DNA of 59,688 nt, the filler included, from Sphacelaria rigidula (taxonomy: Eukaryota), in NCBI GenBank assembly GCA_964200075.2. It is 6 parts of 6 records of this genome, joined end to end, with 100 filler letters (N's around TTAATTAATTAA, not from the genome) between each part and the next. Parts side by side here need not be neighbours in the genome. Positions count along the whole stretch, not along the records: positions 49,825 to 59,688 come from CAXNAA020007600.1; 5 more parts are not named here. One strand, given 5' to 3'. The stretch's first letter is position 1. Each line of letters starts with the position of its first letter. Below the pieces are notes generated by a model. The model was not told the origin of the DNA. It ran no database searches and worked only from the letters and a program-made list of their open reading frames with translations. The translations under genes and the position numbers were made by a program. Below, piece by piece: positions 51,231 to 59,688 of this stretch.

Positions 51231-51417
51231 TTGTGGTTTTCCACACCAAAATTCGTCGCCATCCGCTATATGCATCGATCGGGAGTTTCATAGATATTTT
51301 AGTATTGGCAAGGTATTGGCGCTATCTCCCTTAGGTATAGGAATTACTAGACATGGGGTGTAATCAACGAGAAAATATGGACCCAAACTTTTGAGCAGAT
51401 GGGCACCTTCCCCTTGA

Positions 51418-51953
51418 TTAGACGATTAATACGAGATGCGGATCACGGCCCAACTCGTCTGCGTCGAAGAGATATTGCTTTTGGAGCTTGAATCCGTTTT
51501 TAGGCTGGCCCAGCTCGTACACCATGAAGCATTCAATTAAAAAGACAGCAATGGGTTCCAGGGTGTACTGTAGTACGGCACATCGGTGAATAGGTAACCT
51601 TTTGTTCCACCTGTCACTCGCACGGGTCTGAAAAATACGCTTTCGGTGAGTGTTGTTGCGTCTGAGCTGTAAATCATCAACCATATTTTGCGCCAAAACC
51701 TTCAATTGTAAATTATCAAGTTTCCACTGTGAGTTCCAAAAAGATCAACCATGGACGTGGGCATACAGCTGGGGTAAACTCTACTGAACTGATACGTAAC
51801 GTTTATGGTGATTCCATTGTTCAGATTTTTCACTTTTTGGCTGTCCCTTGCGCCATAGCCGAAAAACCGTGTGTTGGGACCGAGTGCGGTTAGTAATAGA
51901 CACCCCTCCACTGCTGGAAAACGTGGTTCTGGTCCCCCGTGCCCTGACAACAT
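51418..51953 (-). pseudogene. Unidentified multicopy protein remnant (FGTHSG ... ELGQ..NGFKL..DELGRDPH)
   Basis: Frameshifted ORFs; paralogous pieces at 15001-15090, ~50520 and 54020-54090 (MFDTHSG). Confidence 0.5.
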
Positions 51954-52141
51954 GAAATTGGGAATTGTGTCCTGTGCACGACCTGCTTCTACGAACTTTC
52001 TTCATATTTTTGAAGTGTTGGGTAAAAAGGAGATTCTGCGAGAAGAAACTCGACTGAGTGAAACTTGGTTATCAAAGTTTAATTACTACAGTTGCGCAGT
52101 TGTTACCCTAAAGCGATCCACGCTGCTACTGGTATAGCTAC

Positions 52142-52330
52142 GGGTGTGACTTCGTACATTATTCTTCGATCAAGAGGTGTGCGGTGGAAAAGGAAAACCC
52201 CGATCTGATGGGTCGTGATACCAGCTATCGTAGTTTCTTTTGAAGATGGTTGAAATCACGACCCAATAGATCGGAATTTTTGTTTTTCCACCGCACCTTT
52301 TCGATCGAAAAATGATGTGCCAAGACACGG
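52142..52330. mobile_element. ~190-bp palindromic MITE, family 4
   Basis: gtgcggtggaaaa pairs with ttttccaccgcac; ends tcgatcgaaaa..aagacacg; inverted sister copy at 55599-55786. Confidence 0.75.
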
Positions 52331-53790
52331 CCTAAATGCTGCATTCCTGGCACCAAAACATGACATTCGAAGATCACATCGCCCTGTAATTGATCGCGGC
52401 GATACCACCCTCCCCAAAAAGTCAGAGTTGCGTGTTTATTTTTGTTCTGGAGATGCGAGGATGGACAAGTCTTGTTGGACCTCTCGACGAAACATGGGGC
52501 GTCGCCTGCTACAATCAGGCACACACCGGCAAAATAGCCCCAAATTGCAGTTGTGAGGCCCGCTGCCCACAACTCACGAAGACATGGATATATACAGTCA
52601 GTAGTACGAACTAATTTTGCGATGTATTCACTCAATCGGAACTTCTCGCAGACGACTTGTCACCTTTACTTAGGATTTTGAGAGGTCGTAGGAAAAGAAG
52701 CGGGTGGTGCTCAGGATATTTCCCCCCATACTTGTGGATTTGTAATACTGCAATAGGTACTAAAATTCCGTTTATCGACGGGGTGTTATTGACAAAATAT
52801 GATGGACTGTCGCATTATGAGTATCGAAAAAATGAAAGAAAGCGAAATATGAAATTTTTCTTTCATGACAATCGACATAAGGTCGGCCGACCGAAATGAT
52901 CAAAGAGCGAGAGCAGGAGGCTGTACACTCGTGGAACCCCCAACGACCGGTTCGCCCGTGACGCGTTCAAGATTGGTCGTTTTTTTCTTTTTCAAATATT
53001 GATCGTGTAGAGTACACAGTGCCCATATCTCTCGATGTCATGGTAGTTTGGGATTAAACGGAAACCGTGATGAGTCGTGATGACCAAAAAACCTGAATAA
53101 TTCCGTTAATCGAAAATATTGATGTTTCGCTCACAATTTGACTGCTAAATCTCGAGCGGTAAGCTTTGATTACAATAGTAGAGTATCGCGTGCCTTTAGC
53201 GGGCGAAGTTAATCCATACCCTGTACAACGCAGACAGGCATATGTTCAGAAGACCGGAGAAACGTGATCGACGGTCCTTGCTCACACCGCTTTCGCGAGG
53301 TGAGAGACAAACTTGCACATATGTGTCCGCTGAAGTCAAGCCCAAGGTTACCCGTGTCTATGTTTCGTCGAGTCCTGCTTGATTTCACCGGTTTGTTGGG
53401 GTCCCCGGTCATTTCCTGCGGAGGGGAAACTCGCGGAATAGACCGGCAACCGGAGTAAACCCAGACATGCAATGCCCTCTTGCTGGGCGTGAGGATTACG
53501 TATGTGAAATGTCGTATCCCAACTCTTGGAAACGGCGTGAGAAATGGAGCAATAGTATATTTGTGCCCAAGAATCTGGGCCCCCCAGCACTTCAGGTGGC
53601 GTATGACCCGACGAATACGATTAATCCGACCGAAACTCCAAGCGATCGAACAGTGGCGGGCCACCTCGAGCTTGCCCCCACGAACAGCTGCTGAGAAATT
53701 TGCAAGGCTTGCAAGGGTTGGACAAATAATGATTCGTCTGAAAATTACTTGGCTTTAGTATGATGAGTCGACTCGTGACGNNNNNNNNNN

Positions 53791-54190
53791 TAGGCTTTCT
53801 TTCAGCGTTGCAACCCGGGTACACGCAGCCCAGACACGTGGAATGGCGCAAGAGTTGCGTGGATACCCCTTGGCCCAGCGATCAACTTTTTCTCTCCGTT
53901 TTGGGCAATCAAGCCAAAGAAATCGTGACTTTGATGGTTTTGAGTCGTGATGATTCGTCCTAACCGTGAAGGCTTGGTTCTCTGGAGTATACCCGGGAGT
54001 GGGGTATTTTCGGTCGGCATACAAAGCCACGCCGGAATGTGTGTCGAACATTTCGGTATAGTCGGGCAGGGCATCGGGCTTTGTTCCGAACATGGGTTGG
54101 AACAGTATTTGCCGATAAAATACTTCTTTTTGTAGTTAGTAAATACCCTCAATTCAGCCGGTACGGTATATCCTGCCGAGCACAATCCTG
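53791..54190 (-). pseudogene. Paralog remnant of the same unidentified protein
   Basis: PDALPDYTEMFDTHSG versus PSCMPTSMVDLFGTHSG. Confidence 0.35.
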
Positions 54191-55598
54191 CAACTTTCTT
54201 CCGCTTACTTCTTGAAAATGGCGTGAGAATGGAGCAATCTGATAATTATTCCGGGAATGTGGGGCACACAATGGTGGCTGGGAACCCCAAGAAAAAGAGG
54301 TTCAACCGCCGCGAAGCAAAGTGATTGCTGAATATCGGTGACCTTGGGCTTCATTTAATAAGGAGCACGTGTGCGATTTAAGGCGTGGCTCATTTTCGTT
54401 CCTGTTTTTTGTTTACTTTTACTCCGTCTGTTTTATCTTTTCGTTTATTATCCCACTTTTTTCAACGAGCGGTTCCGTTTTGTGAACCTTGTCCTTCACG
54501 TCTATTTTGAGCTGGGTCCCTCAGGGATCAGTTCAAATGTGGGACATCCAAAATTATTTTCGCTACAGATGCTCAAAAAATGGCGCAAACGCAAACTTTG
54601 AAATTTGTTCCGAGACTACGGTGCCCACAGTCGCTGAGGACCCCCGAAAAACCGTTCAACTGAGCGCCACAAAACCGACATCCACGCTGGCGACCTCGGT
54701 GTTCGTTCCTCAACCCTTCGACAGCGAGAGTAGCTCATGTGTTTAATCAGCGTCTATTTCACCCGCACAAGTGTCCATGACCCGGATGGACTACCCTCGT
54801 GGTTCAAGGGTCTAATATGTGTGTAAGTTGGTGTTGCGAACAAGTGCATGTCCGAAAATTGCAGGGCAACGTGAAAGGATACCGGCGAGGGAGTTTAAGT
54901 TTTCTGCCACAAACAATATGCTCTCGAGTATGATGACTCAACTCTCATCACTTCATACCGTTTCGTGGGCTCCGTATGAGCGACGCTCCGCCCTCAGTGC
55001 GTTTTCGTGCTTGAAATTGAAACTGAAATTGAAATTGAAATTGAAATATTACCCCTGTGCGCGGTGTCACACCAAACGAAAACTATGCGGCGGATCGACG
55101 AGATCACGACCCACGCACAGCGGCGTACTCGTGGGGTATAGAAAATTTCACCGAGTGTAAATTCGATTCACCACGAGATCCCCTGTTCCATTCACCACTA
55201 TCAATGATGCCTTATCTTGCACTGAGGAAGAAATTACGTCGCTTTGTCTCCGACATGTCATCGAGAGCTCACATACTTCGGATCTGAACCTCATGTTCGT
55301 GGAAAAATCGTTGGCTGAAAAAAAATATTTTCTCTGATCTACCGCGGATTAGCCTGTGACTTGTTCAGTTGGCCGTTACTTGTTCCTGGTTGATGCATCA
55401 GTTGGTCGTAGTTGCACAGGTTCCACATCCGAGAGTGTGGTTCATCCTTTGGCCGCCAGGGCAGAAAATCTGTTGAAATCGGCGTCACACTCACTTGGAG
55501 AAGTAATCAATGGCCCAGATGACATCCCCTCGCGGCTGACCCTTCGACCGCGGGGAACAATGTTTCCGTGAGATTGAGAGTCTAGAGTGCGGCTGAGG

Positions 55599-55786
55599 CC
55601 GTGTCTTCGCACCATCATTTTTTGATCGAAAAAGTGTTGTGGAAAACAAGTATTCTGATTTGATAGGTCTCGTGGTTTCAACCATCTTCGAAGTAAACTA
55701 CGATAGTTGAAAACCCGACGTATCGGATTTGAGTTTTTCGTTTTCACCGCACATTTTCGATCGAAAAGTAATGTGCTAAGACACGC
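55599..55786. mobile_element. MITE family 4, second copy
   Basis: cgtgtctt...aagacacg ends; tcaaccatcttc..aactacgatag core is the inverse of 52224-52254. Confidence 0.75.
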
Positions 55787-57039
55787 CCCGAGAGTGATAT
55801 GGGTGCTCAGTTATTAATAAATGAAATAGTTTCAATTCCGAAATGACCCTCCCGGCCTTGTACGGGGCACTATACGTTCCATTTCTGTAGTAGCTTGCCA
55901 CTGAAGCCTTTGATATATATCCCTGAGTAGATTATCGACGTGTGGCTGCAAGCACACGACAGTGTTACGGGCGAAGAAAACCACACACAAAATGAAGAAA
56001 TGGTCGGGTTAGAACGAATGATGAAAGTCACTCTCAATCAACGCTAGACTCTCGAAATCACGAAATGATTATTGAGGGTAGGTGATCTGAGCCATGTATT
56101 CATTTTCCAAGTGACAGTTGTACTGATTCAGCGTATGACCTATGCTCGCGGACAAAGGGTTAAAGGGGTTTAACATGCGACTAGGTTGCGCGTAATTTTG
56201 AACCGGAAGTTGCCTACCGCGAGTTGCACAGGCTAGTTTCTCATCCAGTGGTCGTCCACAGGCCACCAGTTGTGCCATTTTTTTTCATTCGGCCGTTCTC
56301 AACAAGCCCACTACTGTGCAGCACTTGTACAAGATTTTCATCCGAGTCATTTGCGAGCAAGGGTAAATTTGCGTGATGAATGAATGGGTTACTATTGTTC
56401 CTGTCTACCTACCAACAGTTGGTTACTCTATCGGTTTTAGTGTGAGGTTTTTTTCCAGGCATCGCAATCGTGCTCAAGTTGTTGACTGCAAAGTTTTCAA
56501 GTGGGGGCGCTGCCTCTAAACCGCTTGTGGGCGCATGTCCAACATTCCACATCCTGTCACACGGTGATCAGTGTGCCAACAAGCGCCCAATATAGTGATA
56601 CGGGCAGCCTCAAGGAGAAACAAATCATTCCTATATATGCAGTGCAGCCGTGCAGTGTGCAGTACCGGGGCTCTGCGTACCTCACAAGTAGTCCTGTTTC
56701 GCGTGATTGCCCGTTCACCTTTTTCCTCGCACCATGGGAATGAAAGGACATACATTGCGCGAGGGAATGCGTTGTGAAACCGTTGGCACGCAGAGTTGAA
56801 GAAAAGAAAATGAACAAAAAACCGGGGAAAATATGGGCGTGGAAATCGTACACAAAGGGCGAAATGATGATCCTGTTTGTTTTTTTTCCATCGTTTAGAA
56901 CGGTCCTTGTTACGACGAGGAAATCTCGTACATGATGTGAAAACAAAGTTCACATAATACAATGATGTTTGCGGTCGGGGGGGAGGGGGGGGCGGGTGTC
57001 GGGGGAGGGTGGTTTATTGTATCCGGTAGTATATTTTCC

Positions 57040-57850
57040 GCGTGGATGTTCGCCAACCATCGTCTATCGGATTCGCGGGAACGATTGCATCAAGAGGAAG
57101 AATACAAAACAATTTCCTCTCCAGCCTTTGGACAGCAACCCCCCCGCAGGTGGACTGAGTTGGATTACGACACAGTTGGGCTTCAGAACAGCTCTTTTCT
57201 CGCTACACAAAACGCCTTTTTTCATGAACATGTGGATGTTGGGCGTCTATATTGAAAATAATATGCTCGAGAGCCTCTGACCGGTTTTGATCGTGTAGTC
57301 AAAAGCGTACGGAGTCTATATGTGCGGTATGCCTCCGCTGGATACAACGGGAAGAAACAGCTAGCGTGCCATCGCTCTCGACTGAAAATAATTTTACTGC
57401 ATGCTGCTGATACCTCTGCATAGTGTTGAACAACAACACTACAGACGTTATGGAGCAATGCTGGCAACACATGAGGCGTCAGACAGGCGGCACAGGTCTC
57501 GAGCAGAGTACAAAACAAGGTTTTTTCATGTATGTAATATCCTATGGTTGAATGGCCATGACCGAGATGACAAATATCTGTAGACAGCAACGTAATCCAC
57601 CTGTAGTCCACCTGTAGGGGAACTACGTGCTCATTTTGACGGCCGTGATTAGTCAGAATGGTCATTCCGCGCCTCTCGGGTCTCGTTCCTGGCTTGAAAT
57701 ATCCGCGGGAAACTTCCAAGCATACACGGTTGACTTGGTGAGCTCTTTGGCTACTCTGCAGACCCCCTGGAAACTGGAAACCCCCGAATGCCTCCGGACT
57801 GTCAGCCTCTGAAACTGTTCCGAGGCGACGCTTACTGTCTGAGGGTTGAA
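57040..57850 (+). pseudogene. Decayed JmjC histone demethylase-like gene, copy B
   Basis: TVGLQNSSFLATQNAFFHEHVDVGRLY (HxD at 57229-57237), then GKKQ..LLIP, YKTRFF, and GNYVLIL..GHS..EISAGNF (57618-57716, compare KDM4/5 GEFxITFP..YH..AExxNF); homologous to 11505-12230. Confidence 0.55.
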
Positions 57851-58339
57851 ACCATCGCGTATGTGGAACGCGCTGACCTCTTCTTCATCGGTTGTTGCAT
57901 ATGCTAACTGGTCCGCTACTAATTCAGCCGTGGTCACCCGATACATTGAGTACACGCGCCCGGAGTCGTGGAATGAAACGGAAACGCTTGATGGGGGGAA
58001 CGAAACTCGAGAGAAAGTAAGGGACGGTGAAGGAGGAGCTGAGAAAAAAGAGAAGCGAAGATCAAAATATACCAAAACGGAGGAAAGGGAAGGGAAAGTG
58101 AGGGGAGAAGGACGCCAGGCGAATGATCGTTGTTGTCGTTGTGTCGTTGTCTTCACATGAAGAATCTTTCCGATCTCTGCGCCGTAGCCTCTAGTTTCCG
58201 CACAGGGCATCTGATGAGGATGCCTTCCATGGTCATGGGCTAACGACCCAAAATGATGCATAAGGAAATCAACATTACCCCCTTGGGACTGATCTTCAGC
58301 ATCAAGAGGTTCATGTGTTGGTAAAATAATAATTATGTC

Positions 58340-58570
58340 TGGAAGCGACCTGCCCAATCACGGCGAGTCAAAATTTATCGACAACATCCGAACGACCAGT
58401 GGGGGGGTGGGGGGGGGGGGGCTGTCGCCGGGTGTGATGTCACTACTGACTTGGTGTGTTTACCCTGTTTCTGGTCCACAAAAACGCCTTCGAAGCAAAA
58501 GAAAGCCACAATGATGAGGAACCTCTTGCCCGTTTTTTTGTCATTTACCTCAATTTTATGTAGGTCCCTC
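58340..58570 (-). pseudogene. SET-like remnant convergent with JmjC copy B
   Basis: With a 1-nt slip in an A7 run it reads D-K-K-N-G-Q-E-V-P-H-H-C-G (compare SET DIxxGEELxxxYG); RRDW at 58354-58365 parallels PARDW in contig 2. Confidence 0.3.
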
Positions 58571-59688
58571 CCCCATTCCCCCCAGTTTATTTTGGGTCAC
58601 CATCCTATAGTAGAATGTAGTAATTACACTGACACAAGATGCCCGGGAGAAATTCGGGAAAAGTGTACCCTACTATATATGTGGTGGTCTTCACAAGGCG
58701 ACTGAATCTAGAAACGCCATGAAACGAGAGACGGAGCTAGAGGCATGAGTTCTCTGTATCCCTCTGTTGAGGCGGTACAGCATACAGCATGCAGTGAGGT
58801 CGTGTGTAATCGACGGTAACGAACAAGACGTGTAGAGGCAGCTGACCTCCGTCGCGGAGCACTGCGAAGAATGTTTAAGGGCCCTTCTTATCGAAGGGGA
58901 TTATCCCCTTTTTCACAATCTTTTGACAGGGGATTAGCCCCATAACGACCAGCCCTGAGTCATTTCGAGAAGCAGTTTTTGACAGAGTGGACCCCAGACC
59001 TGCACGCAGGTTCAGGAATGCTGCGGGTCTGGAAGTGGTCGTTAGTCCAAGGTCTGTGTAGTGCTGCAGACAAGACCCAAGGCAACACAACACCCACACA
59101 CCCAGCCCCCCCAAAACACGCACAGACACTCACATCTCACGCGCATCAGTTTCACTGCTAGCCCTTGCTAATCTACCTACAGCAGTCTTCGTTTGACGGA
59201 AATCCGTTCTGTATTGGACAAATGGCGGCCGCGTGCGTATCAAAAACAACCGAAAACGTCGTTGCTGACCGTTTTGTAAGCGTGTGCTGCGTGCGCGTCT
59301 CACACAAATCATTTATCAATGAATTCTGAACAGATTTGAGCACGGTCGTGCTGGAGGCCTAATCCCCAAAGAGTTGAGCATGAAGTACACTAGGAAAAAA
59401 AAGAAGCACAGACGCGACACAGTTTAAGAAATGGTGATAATCCCCATAAGTCCGGTGCCGCAGGTGATCTTTCGGGCGAAGGAGATGAGGCCCATCGCTC
59501 CCACACGACACGCGAAGCCAATCGAGATTGATTGCTGGAGTGTAAATACCTTCTCTTAAACAAGGAGTCTACATATCGAGGAAATTTTTCCTTGGGGGGA
59601 TGTACTTATGATCATGCATACCGTAGTCATCTGACCATTGACCTCGCATCCCTATAAAGCTGGGCCGGAGCACGACGGGTTTTCGCCG

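Noticed and set aside
53055-53112. Hammerhead-like motif gtgatga-gtc-gtgat-gac-caaa inside a stem
   Set aside because: Two invariant core positions are wrong (C3 and G12) and there is no convincing stem III
57222-57719. Minus-strand ORF read as a KDZ CxC domain
   Set aside because: The plus-strand frame shows better amino-acid conservation between the two copies and ordered JmjC motifs
57724-57740. TGA conserved in both JmjC copies (HG*LG) as a selenocysteine codon
   Set aside because: The alternative frame VDLV(S/T)S is open in both copies and, in copy B, continuous with the EISAGNF motif; no SECIS was seen

Overview
Eukaryotic, repeat-rich nuclear DNA, most likely from a brown alga or related stramenopile (inferred from TE types, kb-sized TE-filled introns and CAG/CAA microsatellites). 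The window is not one locus. It is six unrelated contigs (9866, 9865, 9865, 9864, 9864, 9864 bp, i.e. size-sorted) joined by 100-bp N44-TTAATTAATTAA-N44 linkers. Content: (i) one phase-consistent 6-exon partial host gene resembling TPGS1 (contig 4); (ii) the 5' part of a signal-peptide GFA/CENP-V-like gene (contig 3); (iii) decayed mobile elements: three RTE-type LINE copies, a second LINE type, a Ty3/gypsy remnant with chromo-like and PWWP-like integrase tail, piggyBac-like fragments, tRNA-derived SINEs, several foldback/MITE families and a palindromic 41-bp satellite element. Most interesting: contigs 2 and 6 independently carry a decayed JmjC (KDM4/5-like) gene converging on a SET(+PHD)-like remnant, next to shared hairpin-rich repeats and a shared unidentified multicopy ORF. 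This suggests a large multicopy mobile element carrying histone eraser/writer cargo. All family calls come from motif recognition by eye; no database search was run.
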